Below, piece after piece: positions 1 through 10,800 of a stretch of DNA of 64,000 nucleotides. Under the pieces are notes generated by a model, which saw only the letters and a list, made by a program, of their open reading frames with translations, ran no database searches and was not told where the DNA came from. The DNA comes from Klebsormidium nitens (Eukaryota > Plantae > Klebsormidiophyceae): contig DF237386.1 in NCBI GenBank assembly GCA_000708835.1, forward strand, positions 13,614 through 77,613. The letters run 5' to 3'. Within the stretch, counting starts at the first letter, position 1. Each line of letters begins with the position of its first letter. The position numbers were made by a program, and so were the translations under genes.

Positions 1-164
1 AATGATCACCTGTTTAGATGCGGAACGAGTATTTGTAGTGGTGTTGGTTATTACCACCAGCCAGCCCTTGTGTTGTATGTATGCTGGAGGACAAAATGTT
101 TTGCTTTTGTGTGACGTTTCATAGGAGTCGATCGTTGTTGGGGTGGCGCAAGTGTTGTATCCTC

Positions 165-252
165 GGAAATGATGAGAAACTGTCGCTCTCTACCAAGGGC
201 TTGCTTACGCAAGTCGCTGCGGATTTCGACAATTTGCACGTCAGTCTGATCC
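165..252 (+). ncRNA. Box C/D snoRNA, snR72/snoR72Y-like (guide for the LSU rRNA A equivalent to yeast Am876), copy 1
   Basis: Box C ATGATGA at 169-175, box D CTGA at 246-249, short terminal stem GGA/TCC. The 14 nt before box D (ATTTGCACGTCAGT) are the reverse complement of the conserved LSU rRNA segment ACUGACGUGCAAAU. The D+5 rule points to the A of CUGAC, the site yeast snR72 methylates (rRNA context and numbering recalled, not looked up). Lies upstream of the first visible RPS7 exon. Confidence 0.78.
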
Positions 253-327
253 ATTGGAGCAACCATATTTTGAATGACGTTTCATAGGAGTTGAGTGTTG
301 TTGGGGTGGCGCAAGTGTTGTATCCAC

Positions 328-413
328 GGAATGATGAGAACTGTCGCTCTCTACCAAGGGCTTGCTCACGCAAGTCGCTGCGGATCTCGACAATTTGCAC
401 GTCAGTCTGATCC
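328..413 (+). ncRNA. Box C/D snoRNA, snR72-like, tandem copy 2
   Basis: Near-identical to 165-252, offset 162 bp. Box C 331-337, box D 407-410, identical guide ATTTGCACGTCAGT, GGA/TCC stem retained. Confidence 0.78.
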
Positions 414-1109
414 ATTGGAGCAACCATATTCTGAGTTTGTATTCTGAACCAGAAGTTGACTTTTCAACCTTCTCTTTATTTCGGAACGGCTTTTCTCAAG
501 TTGCAAGAGTTGAAGGGGGTTTTTTGGTTTCCCTTGCACAGGACCTTGTTTTTCCTGTCAAGTTGGTTGTCAGGTACGGGTGCTATGCCAGTTAAGGGAT
601 TTGGGATTAAACCGTTCCATTCTTCTTGGTGTGCCCCTACCCTCGACCACATGCTAAGCACATTCGAACGGTGTGAAGTGGTTCTTAGCCCGCCTCACTG
701 CCTTTGCAAGTGTGCGAGATTCCAACAAGCTAAGCTTCATAAATTACATTAGAGATCGTGGATTTGGTTGCAAGCCGCAGCTTGCAATTGCACTTGAGCC
801 TGGTTGCACGACTGTTGCGATGTGCCTGATTAACATTCAAGAAAAGCAGGTGAAGAAAGTGTGGGGCTTAAAATTCACGGCCTACACTGTTGGAGCAAAT
901 CATAAGGGTCAGGAAGAGAGAGGTTATTGAGTCTCCAAAGGGCATCACAGGAGTGGTTTGAAAGCTTTGTAAACCTCCACACGTATTTCATATGTACCTG
1001 CACTGGAAATGCTGCAAAACCGACTTCAAGCCGCCTCAATGGGTTGTTAGAGTCCACGAAGGACTCCTTTCTGTCCCGACAACCTTTTCCTCGTTGTGAA
1101 GCAGAGTTT

Positions 1110-1940
1110 TCATTCCTCTTAGGCCCTGTTCGATTTGGAGGCGATCAATGATGAGCTCAACATTAGCCTGGATGATCAAATTGCTGGCACTTTTGAACAT
1201 TCTGACAGCCGGTTTTCCCGTACACTTTTGCTTTCCCTGGCTTGGTGTGAAGGGCAGTGTCAATATTTCCAGGCCCTGTTCGACCTGGAGGCGACCAACC
1301 AGGAGCATAAGGCCGACCTAAAAGACCAGGCGGAATTGCTGACACTTGGTTCCACACAGCTTTCCATGCAATTTGATAGGTACCCTGTTCTGAAGCATAG
1401 TGTCAATATTTCCAGGCCCTGTTCGACCTGGAGGCGACCAACCAGGAGCTGAAGGCCGACCTGAAGGACCTGTACATCAACACCGCGCGCGAGATCGACA
1501 TCACGAGCCAGCGCAAGGCCATCATCATCCACGTGCCCTACCGCCTCCTCAAGGCCTACCACAAGATCCACGCCAGGCTCGTACGGGAGCTGGAGAAGAA
1601 GTTCAGCGGCAAGGTGAGGGGTTCGGGTCCATGCTTTTTTAAGGCTTTGATTTTGTGGATACAGCTCTTTATGTCAATCGCCTTGCTGATTATAATACTC
1701 GTTCCTCAAGATCCAGGCCAGGGCTGTGGGGGAGCTTGATAAGAATTTAGTGGCAAGGTGAAGGGTTCGAGTTACATGAAATTCAAGGGGTCCGGCGCCC
1801 TCGGGCTCCAGAAATATAGAGCTTAGGAGCCCAATGGGCTTCCCGTTTCTAGGAGGCGCATGGCAAGAGGCACGTTAGGTTTGTGCGGGAGCTTGAGAGA
1901 AAGTTTTAGCAGAACGGATGTTCTTATCTGCATTACCAAC
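1110..1940 (+). repeat. Degenerate intronic copies of RPS7 exon boundaries
   Basis: AG|GCCCTGTTCGA.TGGAGGCGA recurs at 1123 and 1273 ahead of the real exon start at 1416. The donor GGCAAG|GTGA.GGGTTCG recurs at 1758 after the real donor at 1614. A further exon-end copy lies at ~1850-1940. Confidence 0.9.
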
Positions 1941-2649
1941 GTGGAGTGATGTTCTTCTCGAGTCCCTGGTGTCTGAACAGTCATCGGCGTAGCCTGGATA
2001 ACAGGTCGATAGGAACTCTCCTTATACGCTACGAGCGGCCGTGGCTGTGCTGCGGAGCTAGAAGCCGTCTTCACGACTCTGTCTGCAGGATGTTGTGTTG
2101 GTGGGCACCCGGCGAATCATGAAACCCCCGAAGAAGGGCTCCTCCGCGACGCGCCCCCGCAGCCGCACCCTGACGTCCGTCCACGAACAGATCCTGGAGG
2201 ACCTGGTCTACCCCACCGAGATCGTCGGCAAGCGGATCCGATACCGCCTAGACGGCACCCGCCTCCTCAAGGTACTACATTTGAGGTCCTAGAGCTGAAG
2301 GGCTAGGTCTTTTTTGTTCTCGGGTCTTGGAACTGTGAATGTCTTAGATTGTTTGCTACTTTAAAAGGCCTTGTTGTGCGTTCCGTTTGCATTTAGTATG
2401 CCCAAAGAGTAGGTCGGTGGTTCTGTCTACTCGCTAAATTTGAAGTTTCCCGCCCATGCATCCGATCAGCAACTTCTGTAGAGCTTGTTGCTGAATCACG
2501 CTCTTCGATTGCAGGTCTACTTGGACCCCAAGGAGCGGAACACGACGGAGTACAAACTAGAGACTTTCGGGGGGGTGTACAAGAAGCTTACTGGAAAGGA
2601 GGTTACCTTTGAGTACCCCCCTGAGCAGCAGCAATCCACTGTTGCCTAG
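1416..2649 (+). CDS. RPS7: 40S ribosomal protein S7 (eS7), 5'-partial; first coding exon is upstream of the window
   Basis: Exons 1416-1613 ([22 protein letters not shown]...ELEKKFSGK), 2089-2271 ([17 protein letters not shown]...RLDGTRLLK) and 2515-2649 ([18 protein letters not shown]...TVA*). All are phase 0 with GT-AG introns, and the sequence is plainly eS7. Confidence 0.97.
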
Positions 2650-3133
2650 GTCGTTGCGCATCTTTGCTGGAACAGTTTTCGACCTGGATTCTTGCCGGGT
2701 GTTTGAGTCATGTGGATTTAAAGCCGGTGCTCTTCTTCGATGTCATTGCATCTGCGGTTGGATGTTGGGCGCGGCAAGTAGACCGGATGAGGCCGGGCTC
2801 TGGGGCGGAATTAAGCTACTTCTTCCTATGCCAATGCTTTCTACATGTGTGCGTCTAGTGATGGCATGCATGAAAGGTGAGTTCGATCACCTGCAGATTG
2901 CAACATCGTGCAAGTTATGGTTTATAAGCCGATGCAAATATACCGTCAAGTACACTCTGTTCTATAAAGGCTTGAATCCCAAGAGTGTACTTTTCCATTC
3001 ATTGGGTCACTGCCGGAGTACGTTTGTAGAGCAAAAGGGCCGGCCTCTTCTCGACCAACATGGACCCATGAGACATCATGTCAAAAACCCCTGGCGACAG
3101 TATTCATGCATAGAAGCTGATAGCAATGTTCGT

Positions 3134-3496
3134 GGCGAAACTAGTTCTTTTCGCCAATTTGATTTTCGCCAGATTTTCGCCATTTAGTGTCTGGGAAGGG
3201 AATTTCGCCGGCCTGGCGAAAATCATCAGGCCGTCAGCCAGTTCTTACATGCTCGGGTGCTCCCACCCGCTTTGACGAATCTGAACCCTGCTCAGAACCC
3301 CGTACTTTACCTTTGCCTGCACATTGTCAATTGACTCTCCGCGGAGACAACGAAAAAACTTGGTCGGTACAAGAATTTCTGGTGCCGGGACACTCTACCG
3401 GCCACAAGTGCCGCTGGGATTTTCGCCATTAGTGTCATTTTCGCCAATTAGTGTCTGGGAGCTCCTATTTAGTGTAATCCAAGATTTATTTTCGCC
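3134..3496. repeat. Cluster of TTTCGCC/GGCGAAA motifs with TTAGTGT(C) companions
   Basis: Seven TTTCGCC (near 3149, 3164, 3175, 3203, 3421, 3439, 3490) and two reverse GGCGAAA (3134, 3215) within ~360 bp. ATTAGTGTCTGGGA-like segment occurs twice. Confidence 0.7.
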
Positions 3497-4811
3497 ACGA
3501 TCACTGGCTGATAGCTCCAAGAGCCAGTCAGCCAGGGTCTCAGAGGTCACTGACCTCGCAAAGCGTGGGGCGGCCGCCGTCCCCCACGGTCCGACAGGCA
3601 GGGCGGCCCGCTCACACTAGCACCGAAACTGCGCGGCCGGCCGGCTCCATGACCTTGTGGCTATCGGCACTCTTCATCTCATCGGACGGTACTTACTCAC
3701 CAAAACAATGTGCGCGCGCGTTACAAAATTGTTTGGTACGAGCAGCGAGATATTGCCTGCTGACCATGTCGAATCCTGCACCGAACTATATTAGGGCCAC
3801 GGCCAACAGTACTTTGGACGGCTGGTTACAGCCTGACAGTCTGACAAGTTTCCAAAAGGTACATGCATTGCTCGGAAATTGCTGGAACTTGCAAGTAGTC
3901 CTATTTTCAATGTCAGGTTGAGATAGAGCCTACCTAGTTCCAGTGAATGACATGTCCTCGAAAGCCCGGCCTCTCAAGAGTCAAAATTTACAACAGTGGG
4001 TCAGCAGTACTGTCGGACTGGTACGTCAGCAGCGGACTCGGTTCGGGCCGGCTGCGCTTCAGTGTCTGCTTCTGACACGTGCTGTCAACATGAAAGACGC
4101 TCTCATCAAGGTCACCATTGCGGCAGGCTCTGAAAAGTCAGTCCAGCTTAGTAGATTAGAAACGGGGCGAAGCACAATAAAACTCGTTAATCGCCAGCTC
4201 TAAAAGAGCTCTCCTACTTTCAAGCTGCGATTGCATGAGGTGCACTCTTTCTCCGTTTGCCTGCCTACAGCCGCAGGCAAGGAACCGGAAAAGGAGCTCG
4301 ATTCTGGAGCTGCTCAGATTCTCTCGGAATCCAGCTTGATCACGACGGATCAAAAACTTGGAACAGGGTAAACTGCTCAAGAGAAAGCGGGAGATTGTCC
4401 TGAGATTGTAGCTCAACAAGAAAGGGCTAAAAGTAAACATGCTACAACGTTGATGGCCCCTCGCAGAATGAGAAGTCTCACATGGTCTACTGATTAAGGG
4501 GCGGGCATGCTTCTGGCAAAAGGTGGCTGTGACAAGTTGAGCCGCCAGGATTGTGCACATTGGTCCATGTACTGCTTCAGGCCATCAGCTTATCAAACGG
4601 TTCGCAGTTAAAGCATTGACTTGCAGGACGAATTGTTTTGCCTACGGGACATCGGTTTGCTACAATTGAGTGGGGATGGTGCAACAGTAGCTCAAAGTGC
4701 GACTTTCACGAGAGAAATCTCGCTTGTGAGAGACTTGATTCGGAAACAAGTAGGGGGGTGCATCCTGAGCTTGATGTTCACCCCCCTGAACAGGAATGCT
4801 AGGGTCTCTTG

Positions 4812-7800
4812 ATGGAAGAACCCCTGCCCGGGGCTTTCCACCGGGACATTGCTGACGGGGACCAAAGACTTCTGGATGAGCTGGAGAGCCTGCGGAAAGA
4901 GAACCTGCTGTATGCAGAAAAGCTCAGCAAGTGAGTGATACCTCCTCAAGTTCACATGGCAGATGAGTATCCAGTGGTGACCCGCTGTCTCCTATACCTG
5001 CATGGCTCTCTTCATGCATTCAGCACCACCTGAGTACCTTTAGTGTCCATCCTTTCGTCCATTGTACAGCAATTTACCATGCCTGACTGGCCACTTTGAC
5101 AGCTCGGAAAGCGAGTCAAAACTCCGCGCTTGTGGATTTGACTTTTGGGTATAGCAGATGATGAAGAAGCAGGAGTGGGAAGGAGATAGCTTGGGCATGC
5201 TTTGGCATAGGCGGCTCCACTTCTGCACGAAGGCCTGCCTAGCTTCCTCCAGCATGTCGACTGCACATGACCAGCAGTTTGCACCAACAACTCTTCGATC
5301 CTCTGAAAGCAAACAGCCTTCACAAGTATCTAGCCTGCTCTTGCACATTGTTCAACAATACAACGTTTCAACTAAGAAAGAAGAGGGGGAGATAGGTAAA
5401 ATGTCATATGAATTAGAGGCATTAAAGCCTGGCCGACTGAATCAGAGTCATTACCACCTTTTAGCAGCTGCTGGATACCACTGATCTGAAGCAGTCGACA
5501 TAGCTGCAAGCACGTGTATTGTCTCTGGTTTATGGTTGTTGAGTCAGCTGCATTATGCACCTCCCATCCCAATCCTTTCGTTCAAGATATCTGATCACTG
5601 TGCCCATTTTACCACTTATAAAGTCCGCGCTACACCTACAGCTTCCTATAGCAGCAAATAGCCAGCAGAAAGCAAGCCCTTGTCAATCTGCAACCTGGCG
5701 GCAGAGTGTTACGAAGCTGTTCCTAGCAAAGTGAAAGATCCCCAATGTTCCACACCTTTCAGACCCTTGACATGTTCACACCAACTTTGCAGGGTCAACT
5801 CTGAGAACGTAGCGCTCTGGGACCAGGTCGCCACCCTCAAGCGCATCCTGCTAGAGAACCGCATTCCCTTTGCCCCTCGCACCGCAAACGGTGCTTCCAA
5901 AGCCTTCCAAATCCCCTCCCGCCGCAACAGCAACGATGGAGGCAGAATCTCCGATACTACTGCATCTCGACGGGAGAGCCTGTCGTCGCGCGAGAGCCGG
6001 TTGTCGGTCAGCAGCGGGGGGACGGAACGGGCAGAGGAGTTGTCCCCCCAGAGCGGCGGCGCCAAGGATCCGGGGCAGTTCCCCCCGATCAGAAAAGCGC
6101 CAAATAAGGAGCTCACTTTTTCAATGGGGGACCTGTCACCGATTGGGGAGCTGACTCCGTCGGGAACCCCGCTGCCGGGGGGGGTACCAAAAGAGTCTCC
6201 TCCTGCGGGGGTCACCAAAAGCAGGCTGCCGAGGCCCCAGGAGGGGGGGCATTCATCTGCTGCCAGCACGCCTAACGGACACCCCCCACAAGACTCACCG
6301 GGGAGCTCTTCCGATGCAGCGGGGAAGGGGCGGACGTCTTCTTGGAAAGGATTCCAGGTCAGAGGCAGCGCAAAGATTCATCCTTTGGGGGGGGATGAGG
6401 AGGTGGCTGCGTCAACAAGGGAGGGCCGGGGGGTAGAGCAGCATGTTTCTCACACTTCGGGGGGATCGAGATTGCTGGGTTTGCGGAGGGGAACGAAGTC
6501 GAAGCTCAACTTCAAGGAGCTTTGGCGAAGGGCGGCGCACACGGTGGTCAGGAACAAGCAGATGGGAAAGACCGCAGTGAAGTGGACGGTGAGGATTCCT
6601 TTGCTTCGGCCTCTTTCCCAGCTTCTAGGTCGTTGGCAGAATCGTGGACAAGTGGTCTGCCTCTTTAACGGGCAGCCAAACGGGTCTCCAATCGATGCAA
6701 CAGCTCCATGCAACTCAGCCAACGTGGCTTGCAAACCGCGAGGCTCTACTCCCGTCTCGAGTTGTTTTGATCGATGCCCCAAGGAGGCCCAGTCTTTGCA
6801 GCTCAGCCAATTCCGACGCTGTGGCGTCCGACTCCCCGTAGCCATCTTTGCTAGCTTCTTCTCCCACCCTCCCTTAGACAGCAATTTTCCTAACCAGACA
6901 AGATTTGTCGGGACACCCAGGCTTCTACCCGTAGGTTGCTAGAAAACTTCCTTATCTTGCTGGCCACCACGATTTATTTCGGTAGGATCTTCTCCGCATG
7001 ATGGCGGCTATAGAACATTCTTAGAGGTGAGTAGTTTGAATGCTTTTGACGAGAAGGAATGGTGATCGATTGGTCGCCTATACGGGGCTTCCGGGCAGGG
7101 TCCAACATCAGATGCGAACGTCCTTCCCCAGACACGAAGTGAGCCACTTGTAGATCCACCGAACGTGCTACGGTTCCGTTCTTCACTTTCCTTTCCGCTC
7201 TGTCATTCCGCTGCAGATCGTCATCGACCAGGTCAAGGCACAGCAGAACACTTACTTGGCGTCCCTCCTGCGACCAGTTTCGGCGGACGGGCGGTTTCGA
7301 AAGTCCTGGGACCTCTTGCTGACGGTGGGTCTCTTCAGAAACGTCGGTTATTCTACTTCTTCCAATTTGAGCTTACCAGTTGAGTCCATTCAGTCGAGGG
7401 CTACAACTCGGTCTACTTGAGCATTGCGACGGTTTCATCCGATCGTGCGCTACGCACACAGCTGTCGTTTTCAACACTTTAAAAGACCGCCTTGTGAACG
7501 TCACAACAAACTGTCGGTCCCTCATGAGTTTCATAGCCCTATACCCCGGAGATGAGCGCTGAATCTGTGTGGTTATTTCCAGCACCGTCAGTATGGTGTT
7601 GTCGAGCAATGGTTAAGTATATTTTCTCGAGCACTGATTTGATGCTTTTCTTGAGCCCGCAGATTTTCTCTGGTCTACATCGTGATTGTCGTGCACTACA
7701 CGGTCGCGTTAACATTTTAAAACACAAATTTTTGAACGAACCAACGAAGAAACGACTGTAAGTATCCTCGGTTTCTCAAACCTCGGGGGTGCTAGGTTGT

Positions 7801-10800
7801 GTTTTCCTCGAGTCCCGCAGGTTTGTCTAGTGTACATTGTTATCGTCGTGTTCTACACGGTCGCCTTCAACAACTCACTAGACAAGGTCGCGACCTAACA
7901 AAGATAGTCACTTTAAGAACCTCAAACTACGGAGGTGCTAAGAGTTCCGAGCTTCTCGATTCTCGCGAATTTGTCTAGTCTACATCGTGATCGTCGTTCC
8001 CTACACGGTCGCCTTCAACACTCAACAAAGAAAGTTATAAACATATCAATTAACAAAGAATCGAGTCCAGATCTCCTCACTTCCAGAATGTTGAACCTCA
8101 GAGGTGCTCAGATTGTACCTCAGAGGTACTAAGAAATGATTGTTTTCGGGTCTCGCAGGTTGGTCTCGTCTACATTGTGATCGTGGTCCCCTACACGGTT
8201 GCCTTCAACATCTCAAAAAGCAAAGCGACGAACATGTCAATGAAAAACGAATCGCACATCTCCTGTTTTAGAACCTCAGACTCCCGATCGGATTCTAAAA
8301 ATGTGACCTTCGCGAGTCTCGCAGGTTTGTCTAGTCTACATCGTGATCGTGGTCCCGTACACGGTCGCGTTCAACATCTCAAGCGATCACAGAGACCAGC
8401 CCGGGCTGTACGCGATCAACTGGATACTCGACGTCGTCTTTTTCCTAGACATACTAGTCAACTTCCGGTCGACCTATACAACCGGTCGAGGGAAGGAGGT
8501 GCGCGACCAGAAGAAGATCGCGGTGCACTACCTCAAGACGTGGTTCGTGCTGGACGCGATCTCGGTGAGTGAATCTGCCTTCGTTTCCGTTCTTTGATCC
8601 GTTTCCGTTTCCGTTTCCGTTTCCGTTTCCATTTCGTTGTTGTTTCTGATTGTTGTTTCCGTTATGTTTCCGGCCCGTCGGGGTTTCTCTTCCCATCTGG
8701 TCTTTCTGGCTCCCCAATCTGTCCATCTGTCCTATTCCATGTTGTCAGAAGGGCGTTCTACAATCGTCTGCTTCCATTTCCTGATGCCGCCTTGCGAGAC
8801 ACCTTTTCTGGATTGTTGCGGCATCGTAACGAACTCGTCATTCCCATAAGCGACCCAATGAGCCCGCCTGTCAGAATGGTTGATGCTCCTGTCGTTTCTG
8901 AGAACTGGTGAGCAGACAGAGAAGCAGTGCGGTAGTTGGCTTTGCGCGGAACTGAATGGCCATACGCAAAGCTGTCAACTCAGTGAAGATCCACTCCAAC
9001 TCGCCATTGGAACGACGAGCCACAGCAAGGCGTGAACCGAACAGCCGCATCTTATAGGGTAACTTGCTTCGCTCCAAATTTGTGCCACTCATGTCCTGAA
9101 AACGGCAGTCGAAAGCGGGCCGCGGACTCATATTGTGACCTAAGTGCGGGCTTTCGTTCGCAGGTGATGCCGCTCGCTTTCATGGTGCCGAGCAACAGCG
9201 CAAACCACAACCTGCAACGGCTGCCGCTGCTGCTCAAGATATTCCGCCTGAACAAGCTCGTCAAACTGGTGAGCTTCTCACCCAATCTGCAACTAGAATG
9301 TCCTCCCCCGTGAAACTTTTCCGTTAAAGGGTTTGGGATAGCGTCAGTTGTTTCGTTTCGAAGCGCGGGGAATTTGCTGCGTTCAATAGGGGGGTTAGTT
9401 GGCTAATTCGACGTCGGTCAACCCGGTCCACCCGGTAAAGGTTTCGGCGAAGAGGATCAAAAGGAAAAAAGCCTTACCGTTTTGAAAAATGTAACGTCAA
9501 CAAAGGAGGCAAAACCAATCTTCTCCTCCTTCGCCTCTGCGTCACACTGATTCACCCAGCTTGATTTTCCGTCTTGCCACAGTGCAATCATCCTGTTTCA
9601 TACCGACGGAACGGGATGATCAAGCTTGTGTAATCTGGATCTCTTGTAGGGTTTAGTCTCCGTTAAATCGAGGGCGACGCAATGCAGACTCTTTCGATGC
9701 AAAAGTGCAATAAATGTAGACCAGCTACCGCTTGACAACGTGAGCTGTCGTCCCCTGTGGGTGTTGATGTGAAAAAAAGCACTTCTGCTCCCAGTTGCGG
9801 GTGCTGCGGCTGAGTTAGACGTTCGAGGCGCTGGAGAACCACGTGCCCGCCGGGCTGCTTACTCTGCCATCCCGCACTGCAAAAGCCGCTTTGAATTCTC
9901 TTTCGCGTAACTTATCAACGTCGAACCTCCCAGTTGCGGGTGCGGCGCCTGAGTTCGACGTTCGAGGCGCTGGAACCACGTGCCGCACGGGCTGCTTACT
10001 CTGATCATCCCGCACTGCAAAAGCCGCTTTGAATTCCCTTTCGCGTAACTTATTAACGTCGAATCTGCTCCCAGTTGCGGGTGCTGCGGCTGAGTTCGAC
10101 GTTCGAGGCGCTGGAGAACCACGTGCCACACGGGCTGCTGACGATCATCAAGTTCTTCATGCTAATGGTTGTTATCGGCCACGTCACCGCGTGCCTCTTC
10201 TACTTCATGGCTGTCGTCGACAATCTGAACCCCAGGTCCTGGCCTGCTGAGGTAAGGATTCTTTCTTCTTGATTATTGTCTAGATTCGAGTTACTAAGTC
10301 CTCTGGGGCGCTTGAACTGCGTTGAAGCTCAGGAGGGAACGAGACTTCGCGCTGTTTCTGCTTCAAGGCTGTCGGCAATAACCTGATTCCAAGTCATGGC
10401 CGGCTCAGGTGGGCCAACTTTATCACTACAATCTCCTAGCTTGCAAATTTTTGGGGCGATCGCTCTGCGTCTTGCACCTGTAATATGAGCTCAGGAGGGA
10501 GCCTGCCGGCAGCCTTCTTTATAGCTTATAGGCTTTGGTGAACGGGAACCTCAAGAGCTGAGGGACTACTTGACGTGTGAAATTCGTCCAGCGGTGAAGG
10601 TAACTTTGGGTTTTGAGATACTTTGGGAGAGGTACAAACAAGAACGTGAAAAGAGGATGCATTTTTGTTCGTGCCTCTTCCAAGAACGTGAAATGAGGGG
10701 GGCATCCGTATTGACTTCCGAAAGCAAAGACGGATTCGGTAAGGTTGACCGCGCTCAGAGGAGGCCACAACGTGATATTTGAGAATTTAAAGGAACACGT

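Noticed and set aside
1145-1206. ATGATGA...CTGA, a possible third C/D snoRNA
   Set aside because: It lies within a decayed RPS7 exon echo (ACCAACCAGGAG changed to ATCAATGATGAG). No rRNA-complementary guide or terminal stem was recognised.
2609-3187. 192 aa plus-strand ORF after RPS7
   Set aside because: It has a TTG start overlapping the RPS7 last exon and runs through 3' UTR and repeat sequence. No domain and no coding-like composition.
4156-4560. Minus-strand ORFs upstream of the channel as a possible retroelement remnant
   Set aside because: No RT, integrase, RNase H or transposase motif was recognised. The neighbouring 4692-4955 ORF is the antisense of channel exon 1.
5680-6942. 420 aa ORF as a stand-alone gene; likewise 20979-21959, 29237-29764 and 54118-54310
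   Set aside because: These are real exons read through into flanking introns. Clear splice sites at 5793/6588, 21537, 29383 and 54311 explain them.
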